From the NCBI GenBank assembly GCA_002726235.1, contig PBSN01000004.1, positions 1 through 37,278 of the forward strand: 37,278 nt of DNA, given 5' to 3'. The notes below the pieces were generated by a model that ran no database searches, was not told the origin of the DNA, and was given only the letters and a program-made list of their open reading frames with translations. The DNA is from Nitrospiraceae bacterium (GTDB lineage: Bacteria > Nitrospirota > Nitrospiria > Nitrospirales > UBA2166). The position numbers and the translations under genes were made by a program. Shown piece by piece: positions 21,457 to 30,503 of this stretch. Numbering within the stretch: the first letter of the stretch is position 1; each line of letters starts with the position of its first letter.

Positions 21457-23376
21457 ATGATGTGTTTGTTCCAACGGTTGCCAGTTTTGGCTGCCGCTTT
21501 TGGTATCATGTTCTTTATTGGGACTGTGGGGATCAGTCAGGCTCAAAACACAGTCCCGCCTCAGGTGTCAAATGAAGGGGACATTCAACGACTGGAAGCA
21601 GTCGTGGTCACCGCAACTCGCACACCGGTCTCCACTGAAAAAACCACAAGTTCTGTCACCATCATTGATTCCAAGGCTATCGCAGCAAAACAGGTTGATA
21701 CGGTTCTTGATGTTCTGCGGACGGTGCGTGGACTTGATGTGAAACAATCGGGAGGCTTGGGGGGGGTGACATCAGTATTCATGCGCGGCGGCAATTCAAA
21801 CCATACTCTGGTGTTGATTGACGGGGTGCAGGCCAACTCGCCGACGACTGGTGCCTTTGACTTTGCCGATTTGACCGTTGAGAATATCGAGCGAATCGAA
21901 GTCATACGTGGACCGCAAAGCACTCTGTATGGCTCGGATGCGATCGGCGGCGTGATCCATATCATTACCAAGAAGGGGGAAGGACCGAACAGTGGATTCC
22001 TCTCCTCTGAGTATGGGGCTTTCAACACCTTCCAGGAACGGGCCGGCATAAGCGGGGGATCGGATCGTTTTGATTACGCGCTTACCGTGTCACGCTTGGA
22101 TAGTGATGGGATTTCACGAGCCAATGAGAAGGATGGCAATCCCGAGGAAGATGGCTACGAGAACACCACCATCTCTGGCCGCTTCGGGGCCGCTGTGTTG
22201 GGTGATGGGCGGCTTGACACGACGATCCGCTATACCAAATCCGAAGCCGACATTGACGCGGCATTCCCGTTTGCCGATGACTTGGATTCGACGTCGGAGC
22301 GCGACGCACTAGTCCTCTCTAGCACCTTTTCCAAGCCAATTACGTCGTGGTGGGATCAACGTTTGCAAGTGTCGCTTAACGATGATGACTTAACAGGCAA
22401 GGATCAGGATGACCCAACGGATTTCAACCCCACCGGGGATAACGGCTATCTGATTGATATTCAAGCGAAACGTTTAGACTGGCAGCATAATTTCGTGCTG
22501 ACCGAGCACGCCACGCTCACGGCTGGCTATGAGTTGGAACACCAGAAGGCTCGAAGTCGGGACAATTTCACGAAATCGATCACCAATCATGCTGGCTATA
22601 CCCAACTGCAACTCAATCCTGTTGACAATCTGTTTCTCGTCGCCGGGGGACGCTTTGATGCGAATACCCTCTATGAGAACAAGCTGACGTATAAAGTCAG
22701 CGGAAGCTATTACGTGGAGCAGTCCGGGACGACTCTGCGATCTAGCTATGGAACCGGCTTTCGTGGCCCAACTCTCAATGAGTTGTTTTTTCCGGGGTTT
22801 GGCAATCTCGATCTGCAACCAGAAACTAGCAGGGGCTATGAGGTAGGCTTGGAGCAACAGGTGTTAGCGCAACTTGTGGTTGGAGTAACCTCTTTTCACA
22901 ATGACTTTGATGATTTGATTGTTGGCACGTTTGATCCGGCGACGAATCTGTTCGAAGCCGAAAACATCAATGAGGCACGCTCTCGGGGAGTTGAAGCCTA
23001 TGTGCGTATCTCTCCCGCGGACACCCTTGATGTACAGGCGACCTATACGCGTACCGCGACACGTGATCGAGAAACCAGACTTCGCCTCGCACAACGCCCG
23101 CTGAACAAAGGCAACCTCAACATTCTGTATGCTCCATGGGATGCGTTACGGATGAATCTTGATCTACTCTTGGTGGGTTCCTCGTTCAGTGATACGGATA
23201 ATAAACAGCGAGTTGACGGATATGAAGTGGTCAATTTGGGAGGAAGTTATGACATTGCCAAGAATTTCCAAGTCTTTGCCAGAGTCGATAACCTGCTGAA
23301 TCAGGAGTATGAAGAAGTCTTCGGATTCGGAACCTTTGGCAGGGCGGCCTTTGGGGGCCTGAAACTCACGTTTTGA
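21457..23376 (+). CDS. btuB: TonB-dependent cobalamin receptor
   Basis: Signal peptide, TonB box EAVVVTAT, plug VLIDG..IERIEVIRGP.STLYGSDAIGGVI, C-terminal F; substrate inferred from the riboswitch. Confidence 0.92.
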   Translation: MMCLFQRLPVLAAAFGIMFFIGTVGISQAQNTVPPQVSNEGDIQRLEAVVVTATRTPVSTEKTTSSVTIIDSKAIAAKQVDTVLDVLRTVRGLDVKQSGGLGGVTSVFMRGGNSNHTLVLIDGVQANSPTTGAFDFADLTVENIERIEVIRGPQSTLYGSDAIGGVIHIITKKGEGPNSGFLSSEYGAFNTFQERAGISGGSDRFDYALTVSRLDSDGISRANEKDGNPEEDGYENTTISGRFGAAVLGDGRLDTTIRYTKSEADIDAAFPFADDLDSTSERDALVLSSTFSKPITSWWDQRLQVSLNDDDLTGKDQDDPTDFNPTGDNGYLIDIQAKRLDWQHNFVLTEHATLTAGYELEHQKARSRDNFTKSITNHAGYTQLQLNPVDNLFLVAGGRFDANTLYENKLTYKVSGSYYVEQSGTTLRSSYGTGFRGPTLNELFFPGFGNLDLQPETSRGYEVGLEQQVLAQLVVGVTSFHNDFDDLIVGTFDPATNLFEAENINEARSRGVEAYVRISPADTLDVQATYTRTATRDRETRLRLAQRPLNKGNLNILYAPWDALRMNLDLLLVGSSFSDTDNKQRVDGYEVVNLGGSYDIAKNFQVFARVDNLLNQEYEEVFGFGTFGRAAFGGLKLTF

Positions 23377-23394
23377 GTGATCGTGACATCGGAC

Positions 23395-24195
23395 ATGCAT
23401 CGTTTTATATTTGCAAGCTGCATCTCATTCGGATTGCACGCTGTGGCGCTTAGCGGGGCTACTTTTCTACTTTCAAAACCTGAATCCACCCTACGTGCTC
23501 CAGTCGAAGTGGTATTGGTTAAGTTCTCCAATCCGGTGCCCGATTCCGGAAATCCCATTCCATCTGTGGTTGCCGTGCAATCTGAGTTGCCGATCACAGA
23601 TTTGCCGTTTAGACGACATAAGGTGCCTGAAGAAGAAAAAGTACCTGAAAAAGAAAATGCGGCGTTACAAAAGATGCGCATGGTAGAAGCCGAAACCGCC
23701 AATGACACGATCCCATACCAAGTGCCACGGTTTGATGCAGCGAATGTTTTTGCCCCTGTCGAAGAGACCTCAGCCAAGCCCTCAAGTATTGTGGTTGACA
23801 ATTACGTGTCCGATGCTGGCGCAGTGTATGGTGATCAAGTCGTCACGTTACCAGCCGATGTGCAATCGTTGAACTTGGATGAGATGTCTGGGCTCATGCG
23901 TCCGGACGTCCAATATCTTTCCAGCACCCCCCCACGCTACCCTCGTCTGGCACGACAACGGGGATGGGAAGGGACAGTACTATTGGAGGTTGAGGTTCTG
24001 TCATCAGGAAACGTTGGGATGATTCGCGTTGTGCGTAGCTCAGGATATAAAATGTTGGATCGTGCGGCAACGCGGGCTGTCTATGAGTGGCAATTTTCGA
24101 TAAAGCAGACCAATGGTTCGGACATCACTGCGACGGTCGAAATTCCGGTGACCTTCACGCTAGCCACCCACACTAATCCGAAGAGACGTGGGTGA
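23395..24195 (+). CDS. tonB: Energy transducer TonB
   Basis: N-terminal TM with SxxLH motif (SFGLH); C-domain PPRYPRLARQRGWEGTV..SSGYKMLDRAA..WQF. Confidence 0.9.
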   Translation: MHRFIFASCISFGLHAVALSGATFLLSKPESTLRAPVEVVLVKFSNPVPDSGNPIPSVVAVQSELPITDLPFRRHKVPEEEKVPEKENAALQKMRMVEAETANDTIPYQVPRFDAANVFAPVEETSAKPSSIVVDNYVSDAGAVYGDQVVTLPADVQSLNLDEMSGLMRPDVQYLSSTPPRYPRLARQRGWEGTVLLEVEVLSSGNVGMIRVVRSSGYKMLDRAATRAVYEWQFSIKQTNGSDITATVEIPVTFTLATHTNPKRRG

Positions 24196-25125
24196 GTGAT
24201 CGTGCTCGTAGCGCGATGGACATGGGTTGCTCTGGTCTCTCTTGGGGTTGGAGGGGGGATTGTTGCGCAAGGGGAACGAGGGTTGCTGTTTCCCAACGCC
24301 GCAATCGTAGCTCCTTCCGTTGCACGCGATAGCACTCCAGCTCGTGTCGTTTCTCTCCTTCCGTCGCTTACAGAAATCATGTTCGCCATTGACGAAGGAC
24401 ATCGTGTTGTTGGCGTGAGTGATTTCGATGACTTCCCTCCTGAGGTCACAACGCTTCCCAGTGTTGGCGGGTTGATCCACCCGAATCTTGAATCGATTGT
24501 TGCGCTTAAACCAGATTTGATTGTGGCTGATCAATCACATTCGGTGAACGGATCGGTGTCTAGGCTCCGTGAATTAGGGCTGAGAATCGAGGTCTTTTCC
24601 GTGACCACGGCAATGACGTTTGATGATCTGTATCAGGCAATTGGATCCCTTGGCCAAATTTTTGATGCCACTGAAGCAGCGCGAAATGTCGTACAGACGA
24701 TGCAGCTGTCCATTACGGAGGTACGACAACGGTTGGGCGGGGTTACTCCCGTCACTCTTTACTGCGAGCTTTGGGCAGATCCAATCATCGCCGTATCAGG
24801 CGGATCATTTGAGGGCCACCTGATTGAGTTGGCTGGCGGTGACAACATTGCAGCGTCGCTCTCTGGGCGTTCACCACGTATAGGCACGGAATTTGTGCTG
24901 CAACAGGATCCATCGGTGATCTTGCTTCCTGGTGGTGGTGTTGTTCCGGGTCTCGCTTCGCCGAAGATAATAGCTGCACGTCCGGGATGGAGGCATCTTC
25001 AAGCGCTCAAACAGGGACGGGTGTATACGATCAATCACGCACACTTCGCACGTCATGGCCCTCGATCTGTTCTCGCCGTGCAGGAAATCGCTCAGCTTTT
25101 GCATCCGGAGTTAGTATGGGAGTAG
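24196..25125 (+). CDS. btuF: Cobalamin ABC transporter substrate-binding protein
   Basis: RVVSLLPSLTE, VVGVS, PNLESIVALKPDL, RHGPR. Confidence 0.88.
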   Translation: MIVLVARWTWVALVSLGVGGGIVAQGERGLLFPNAAIVAPSVARDSTPARVVSLLPSLTEIMFAIDEGHRVVGVSDFDDFPPEVTTLPSVGGLIHPNLESIVALKPDLIVADQSHSVNGSVSRLRELGLRIEVFSVTTAMTFDDLYQAIGSLGQIFDATEAARNVVQTMQLSITEVRQRLGGVTPVTLYCELWADPIIAVSGGSFEGHLIELAGGDNIAASLSGRSPRIGTEFVLQQDPSVILLPGGGVVPGLASPKIIAARPGWRHLQALKQGRVYTINHAHFARHGPRSVLAVQEIAQLLHPELVWE

Positions 25126-26159
25126 GAGGGTTTCATGCCCAACGGATCTCGAGATGGAGATGGGGAATGATTGGCCTTCTCTGCCTTATGGGACTCGTGG
25201 CGCTAGGGGCAATGTGCATGGGAACGGTGAGAGTCTCAGTGATCGAGGTAATTCATATTCTATGGCAAGCGATTCTCCAGTCATTGTGGGTGGAGGGCAT
25301 TGAGACAATGAGCACCAACGAGATTGTCGTCCTCGAGTTGCGCGGGCCTCGTGTGCTCATGGCCATGCTGGTCGGAATGGCATTGGCGGTCACCGGTGCA
25401 ACCTTTCAATCAATGTTACGCAATCCATTGGCCGACCCGTATCTGCTTGGTATTGCCAGTGGCGCGGCTTGTGGTGCGGTCATTGCGCTTATGTTGGGAT
25501 GGCCGCTTCTTCCGCTTGCTGCATTTGCGGGAGCATTGCTGAGTGCGGCCATTGTGGTGAGTATTGCACATCGGAGCGGGAGCATGCATCCTCACACATT
25601 GGTATTGGCTGGTGTCGTCGTCAATGCATTTTTAGCGTCCGTCATCGCAGTGCTCATTGTGTTTTCGTCGGCGGATGCGACGCGAGGCATTGTTTTTTGG
25701 CTAATGGGAAACGTGAGCACACAGCGACTCGCGATACTCAGCATGATTGCGATATGTGTGATTGGAAGCATGGCGCTGTTATTCTGGAAAGCGAGGAACC
25801 TCGATTTGCTTGCACAAGGAGAATCTGTGGCCAAACAGCTTGGTCTAGAGGTCGAAGGCTATAAGTGGTTTCTCTTGGTCATTACATCGCTACTTATAGG
25901 AATCGCCGTTGCGTATAACGGTTTAATTGGGTTTGTCGGTCTGATTGTTCCGCACATCGGGAGGTTTTTGTTTGGGGCGGACAACCGATTCTTAATTCCA
26001 GTGGCTGCCCTAATCGGTGCCATTGTGATGACAGTGGCCGATACGATAGCGCGGACCATCATTGCTCCATCGGAGCTTCCGGTCGGAGCGATTACCGCGT
26101 TGGCTGGAGGCCCATTCTTCCTTCTGTTGCTCCGGCGAGCACGGCATAGTTTTACGTAG
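25116..26159 (+). CDS. btuC: Cobalamin ABC transporter permease (FecCD family)
   Basis: LRGPRV, RNPLADPYLLG, IGFVGLIVPH, ELPVG..GGPFFL; start reassigned. Confidence 0.9.
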   Translation: MGVGGFHAQRISRWRWGMIGLLCLMGLVALGAMCMGTVRVSVIEVIHILWQAILQSLWVEGIETMSTNEIVVLELRGPRVLMAMLVGMALAVTGATFQSMLRNPLADPYLLGIASGAACGAVIALMLGWPLLPLAAFAGALLSAAIVVSIAHRSGSMHPHTLVLAGVVVNAFLASVIAVLIVFSSADATRGIVFWLMGNVSTQRLAILSMIAICVIGSMALLFWKARNLDLLAQGESVAKQLGLEVEGYKWFLLVITSLLIGIAVAYNGLIGFVGLIVPHIGRFLFGADNRFLIPVAALIGAIVMTVADTIARTIIAPSELPVGAITALAGGPFFLLLLRRARHSFT

Positions 26160-26284
26160 AGGGTGTTGAAAAAGTCTGCCAGCGGCGTTCTCGCTCCTTT
26201 ATCGTGCGTCTGTGCGTGGTCGTACGCTCTGCGAGCCAAAGCAACTGTCTCTGTACTGGACGAGCTTTTTTTAACTCCCCCTTA
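26157..26284. repeat. Intergenic MITE/REP-like repeat, copy 2
   Basis: TAGAGGGTGTTGAAAAAGTC ... GAGCTTTTTTTAACTCCCCCTTA inverted ends; GCCAGCGGC and GTACGCTC at nearly the same spacing as in copy 1. Confidence 0.72.
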
Positions 26285-26300
26285 ATTAAGGGAATGTGAA

Positions 26301-27131
26301 TTGAAGCCAATCATACGAGTTGAGCGCGTAGGGTTCAATTATGGGCTACGCAACGTATCGAGTGAATCTTGCCTTCTTGACAATCTCACCTTCCAAGTCC
26401 TTCCGGGAGAGATTCTTGGAATTATTGGCCCGAATGGGTGCGGAAAATCCACACTGATCAATCTGCTTTCTAAAGTGCTGACACCTCATGCCGGTGAAAT
26501 ATTTATTCATGCCCAGGCATTGGCAAAGATGAAACAGCAAGATGTTGCACGGGCAATTGCAGTTTTGCCACAAGATATCTCTGTCAGTTTTCACTATTCC
26601 GTCGAAGAAATGGTGCTTATGGGACGTGCCCCATATCGAAACAGATTGGGGTGGGAGACGAACGCAGATTATGAGGTTGCAGAAGAAGTTTTGGATCTCA
26701 CATGTATGCGTGATTTTGCAGAACGCTGGTTTCTGGAATTGAGTGGAGGAGAAAGATGCCGCGCATTGTTGGCGCGAGCCCTCGCACAACGTCCGGAAAT
26801 TCTTCTGTTGGATGAACCAACTGCCAATCTCGACCTCCAATATCAAACGCAAATACTCGATATGATTGCTGGATTCGCACGAAAACACGGGAGCACTGTT
26901 TGCATCGTTACACACGACCTTAATCTCGTGGGGGAATATTGTGACCGCGTCGCTGTGCTAAAAGATGGAAGAGTGTATAGGGAAGGCAGTCCAGCGGAGA
27001 TTATTCAGGCGAAGACAATTGCCGATGTCTATAACACCCAGGTACATGTTGGCACCAATCCTCATTCAGGTGCTCCACATGTGTTTTTGAAATCCGACCG
27101 AGCCGAGCAAACCCTCCGGTCGGGGGATTGA
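26301..27131 (+). CDS. btuD: Cobalamin ABC transporter ATP-binding protein
   Basis: GPNGCGKST, LSGGE, LLLDEPT, HDLN. Confidence 0.9.
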   Translation: MKPIIRVERVGFNYGLRNVSSESCLLDNLTFQVLPGEILGIIGPNGCGKSTLINLLSKVLTPHAGEIFIHAQALAKMKQQDVARAIAVLPQDISVSFHYSVEEMVLMGRAPYRNRLGWETNADYEVAEEVLDLTCMRDFAERWFLELSGGERCRALLARALAQRPEILLLDEPTANLDLQYQTQILDMIAGFARKHGSTVCIVTHDLNLVGEYCDRVAVLKDGRVYREGSPAEIIQAKTIADVYNTQVHVGTNPHSGAPHVFLKSDRAEQTLRSGD

Positions 27132-27194
27132 AACCTGATATGGGTGGCCAGTGTGGCCAGGATCGGTGGACCTCCCTAGAAGAGGAGTAGCAAT

Positions 27195-27776
27195 GTGATG
27201 AGAATCTCAAAGGTATACACCCGTACTGGGGATGGAGGGAAAACACGACTTGCTGGAGGGCAACAGGTCTTCAAGGATGATCAACGCGTTGAGGCCTATG
27301 GGACCATTGATGAACTCAATGCAGTGTTAGGAACAGCGCGTGCGTTTATTGCCGAACGTCTGCCAGGTGACACGAAGTTGGAAAATCTCGATAAAGAAAT
27401 TTATTTTATCCAGAGCAAACTCTTTGACGTTGGAGGCATTCTGGCGACCGCTTCGGGAATGAGTTTTCCTGCCATGCCTGAGGTCACCGAGGATGACGTT
27501 ACACACCTTGAGGGTCTAATCGATTCGATAAATGCTGAGCTCGACCCATTAAAAGAATTTATTCTTCCGGGTGGAGGAAAAGCGACAAGTTTTCTTCATA
27601 TGGCCCGGACGATCTGTCGTCGTGCGGAACGACGGTGCGTGACTCTGTCGCGCGAGGACTCCCTTAGCCCGACGCTGTTGATGTACTTGAATCGATTGAG
27701 TGATGCCCTCTTTGTGTTCGCACGTTTGGTTGCTAAGGTGCAAGGCGAATCCGAACATTTCTGGAAGCGGGGATAA
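27195..27776 (+). CDS. pduO: ATP:cob(I)alamin adenosyltransferase, PduO type
   Basis: YTRTGDGGKT, AYGTIDELN, RTICRRAER, YLNRLSDALF. Confidence 0.95.
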   Translation: MMRISKVYTRTGDGGKTRLAGGQQVFKDDQRVEAYGTIDELNAVLGTARAFIAERLPGDTKLENLDKEIYFIQSKLFDVGGILATASGMSFPAMPEVTEDDVTHLEGLIDSINAELDPLKEFILPGGGKATSFLHMARTICRRAERRCVTLSREDSLSPTLLMYLNRLSDALFVFARLVAKVQGESEHFWKRG

Positions 27777-28209
27777 ATGGTGCTGGTTTTTGTTTCGCAT
27801 TGGACTGGCACTTACGATTCGGGAAAGACTTGAGGCTACTTGCATGTTCAATAATATCCTGGCGCATGGGCATGAAATTCGTCATGGGAAAATGGGTGCG
27901 CGTGACGAAATAGATTCTGTGTTCATCCACGTGAAGTGTGATGGGTTGGGTGATGTAGCTCATGACGTTGATGTCAATGGCGGCGTTTCAATGAGCGGTT
28001 GGACAATCTGGGACACGACCATCCACGGTTTGTTCGAAAACTATCAGTTCCGATGTGCTGAGGTTGATAGTTTGCGAAAGGTCAAGGGATTATCCCCGCG
28101 TTCGGATACGATCGATTTTTTGGATTTTGATCAGAAATGCACTAAGCTAGCTGGACTGACGCGATCCCATCTCGACATAGACGCAATCCGGTCACTTTTC
28201 AGGAAATGA
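27777..28209 (+). pseudogene. cobQ: Probable cobyric acid synthase remnant (internally deleted)
   Basis: Short ORF MVLVFVSHWTGTYDSGKT* resembles the CobQ P-loop (GTxSxxGKS). The second frame AHGHEIRHG..TIWDTTIHGLFENYQFR..RKVKGL..KLAGLTRSHLDIDAI resembles the CobQ C-terminus (GYEIHxG, WGTYxHGLFxN, LAxxxxxHLDxxxI). Confidence 0.65.
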
Positions 28210-28219
28210 GCGCCAGCTT

Positions 28220-29206
28220 GTGAAAGCGCTCGTTCTTGGCGCAACAGGGCATCTCGGCAATAACTTGGTCAGAGCATTGTTAGCAAAAGGCGTTATGGTG
28301 CGTGTCCTCGTCCGGCCGCGTTCCAAGCTTCAAACGCTTATCGGGTTGGATATTCAATCCGTTGTTGGAGATCTTAACGACGTTGAATCCTTGATGAGAG
28401 CCTGCGAGGGGATCCATGTTGTATACCATTGCGCAGGCTACTACCCTGTCCAGACAATCCCCGTTTGTGTGGCAACCACTCAAGCGTTGAAAGAAATCCG
28501 CAATGTGATTAATGCCACAACGCGTGCATCGATCGATCGCCTTGTTTATGCAAGTACGTCCACAACTATAGGGTTTCCAAAAGATCCAAATGTCGTGGCC
28601 AATGAAGAGTACCAATTTGCGTCAGGGTATCCAGATAATCCCTATCTGATGTCAAAAGCTGCAATGGAACGCGAAGTAATGGAAGCGGCGAAGGTGGGTT
28701 TTCCCGCGGTGGTCGTGAATCCAACTGTCCTTCTCGGTCCTTTTGACAGTAAACCAACTAGTGGGACGCAGATTGTAATGATCGCAAAGGGGGTAATGCC
28801 CGGATACATCGATGGGCTTGTAAACGTGATTGACGTCCGTGATGTTGCGAGTGGAATGATTTGTGCGGCCGAACGTGGACGAGTCGGCGAGCGGTACATT
28901 CTTGGAAATTGGAACACGACGCAGAAAGCCCTCAATGACCTAATTGCCAAGGTCGCAGATGTGAATGGCCCGCTGGTTCCAGTGCCGTTTCAGCTGGTGA
29001 GATACGGATCAAAAGTAGGTGAGTGGGCATTTCGGAATATTTTTGGAATTGCCTCGCCTGTCCCTGGATTTTTCGTCGAGATGGTCCGGCACATACAGCA
29101 TTACGATTGCTCCAAAGCAATTAGCGAACTCGCCTACCCACGGAGTCCGATTGAACCAGCCATTCGCGCCGCACTCACATGGTTTCGGGAAAATAGGTAC
29201 GTTTAG
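28220..29206 (+). CDS. NAD-dependent epimerase/dehydratase (HpnA/dihydroflavonol reductase-like extended SDR)
   Basis: GATGHLG, YLMSK catalytic motif, VVVNPT..GP.D.KPT, GRVGERYIL. Confidence 0.9.
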   Translation: MKALVLGATGHLGNNLVRALLAKGVMVRVLVRPRSKLQTLIGLDIQSVVGDLNDVESLMRACEGIHVVYHCAGYYPVQTIPVCVATTQALKEIRNVINATTRASIDRLVYASTSTTIGFPKDPNVVANEEYQFASGYPDNPYLMSKAAMEREVMEAAKVGFPAVVVNPTVLLGPFDSKPTSGTQIVMIAKGVMPGYIDGLVNVIDVRDVASGMICAAERGRVGERYILGNWNTTQKALNDLIAKVADVNGPLVPVPFQLVRYGSKVGEWAFRNIFGIASPVPGFFVEMVRHIQHYDCSKAISELAYPRSPIEPAIRAALTWFRENRYV

Positions 29207-29301
29207 TGGCAGGAATCTTTCTAGCCCCAATGATGGTGGTCCCCAAGTCGGCTTGCTACAATACACGTTGCTAACGAGTATCCCGTGAAAAGATTCCTAT
29301 T

Positions 29302-30108
29302 GTGGCGATGACTGACGAACAGCTTGCGGACTTGTTGCCTCAGGTTATTGCTCTTGCTAGGCAAGCTGGCAAAGCGATCATGGATGTGTATGCAGGGGAT
29401 AATTTTGGAACGACCTTCAAGGCTGATAATTCACCGCTTACGAAAGCCGATCTCGCCTCACACCGTATTATTACTGAGACATTGGGTCGACTGGCACCCT
29501 GCTTTCCAGTGCTGTCGGAGGAATCACCCGACACATCCTACGAAACTCGCCGCTCATGGACTACCTATTGGCTAGTTGATCCGCTAGATGGAACGAAAGA
29601 ATTTTTGGCGAGAAATAACGAGTTTACGGTTAACATTGCGCTCATTGGCGGGAACACTTCTGTGCTTGGGGTGGTGTCAGCCCCTGCGCTTGGGGTGACC
29701 TACTGTGCGGCGCGGGGTTATGGGGCGTTTAAACAATTTGATGGCGATGACGCGACACAAATTTTTGCCGAGGATCGTCCAGATGATCCCTTGCGTATGG
29801 TGGTCAGCCGGTCGCATAGGTGTGAGGAGCTGGAAGCCTTTTTGAATAAACCTCCGGGTGCTGTTTCTATTCCAACGGGAAGTTCATTGAAGTTTTGCGT
29901 CGTAGCCGAAGGGGCCGCCCATCTGTATCCGCGATTTGGCCCGACCAATGAATGGGATACGGCGGCCGCTCACTGTGTGGTGACCGAAGCTGGCGGAACC
30001 GTGACAAATTTCCAAGGAACCCCATTGGTCTATAACAAGCCTGAGTTGCTGAATCCCCATTTCATGGTGTCCGGCAAAAGAAAGGTCCCTTGGCAAGATT
30101 GGTTGTGA
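29302..30108 (+). CDS. cysQ: 3'(2'),5'-bisphosphate nucleotidase
   Basis: KADNSPLTKAD, LSEE, WLVDPLDGTKEF, GSSLK, EWDTAA. Confidence 0.95.
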   Translation: MAMTDEQLADLLPQVIALARQAGKAIMDVYAGDNFGTTFKADNSPLTKADLASHRIITETLGRLAPCFPVLSEESPDTSYETRRSWTTYWLVDPLDGTKEFLARNNEFTVNIALIGGNTSVLGVVSAPALGVTYCAARGYGAFKQFDGDDATQIFAEDRPDDPLRMVVSRSHRCEELEAFLNKPPGAVSIPTGSSLKFCVVAEGAAHLYPRFGPTNEWDTAAAHCVVTEAGGTVTNFQGTPLVYNKPELLNPHFMVSGKRKVPWQDWL

Positions 30109-30145
30109 ATTCGTTCTGACCATCTGGAACATCATTACATCGCGG

Positions 30146-30154
30146 TGTTATGAT
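30146..30154 (+). promoter_or_regulatory. Extended -10 promoter upstream of clpS
   Basis: TG-T-TATGAT. Confidence 0.4.
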
Positions 30155-30186
30155 TACTCTCCCTGTTTTTGACCTGAGAAGTTGGC

Positions 30187-30477
30187 ATGGCGGGTGATGT
30201 TCTTGCAACACCAGTGGTTATTGAGAGAGAGAGCTCCGGGGCCGGAGATGGCTTGGAAGGGCGAGTCATCCTCTTCAATTGCGAGTGCCATACCTACGAT
30301 GATGTCATTCAGCTTCTGTGTGAAGCGGTTCCTCGGATGACGCCTTCTCGCGCATTTGAGCTTGCATGGACCGTTGATAATACCGGTCAAGCAGAGGTGT
30401 TTTCCGGATCAATGGACACCTGCAATGAGGTTGCGGCATCCCTTGGTGCAGGGGGACTGCGCGTTCAAGTACAATAA
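30187..30477 (+). CDS. clpS: ClpS-like adaptor protein (atypical pocket)
   Basis: RVILFNxxxHTYDDVIxLL...AxxLAxxVxxxGxAxV pattern of the ClpS fold. Confidence 0.8.
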   Translation: MAGDVLATPVVIERESSGAGDGLEGRVILFNCECHTYDDVIQLLCEAVPRMTPSRAFELAWTVDNTGQAEVFSGSMDTCNEVAASLGAGGLRVQVQ

Positions 30478-30503
30478 ATAAACGTGATGGAGGATTGTAT
30501 TTG

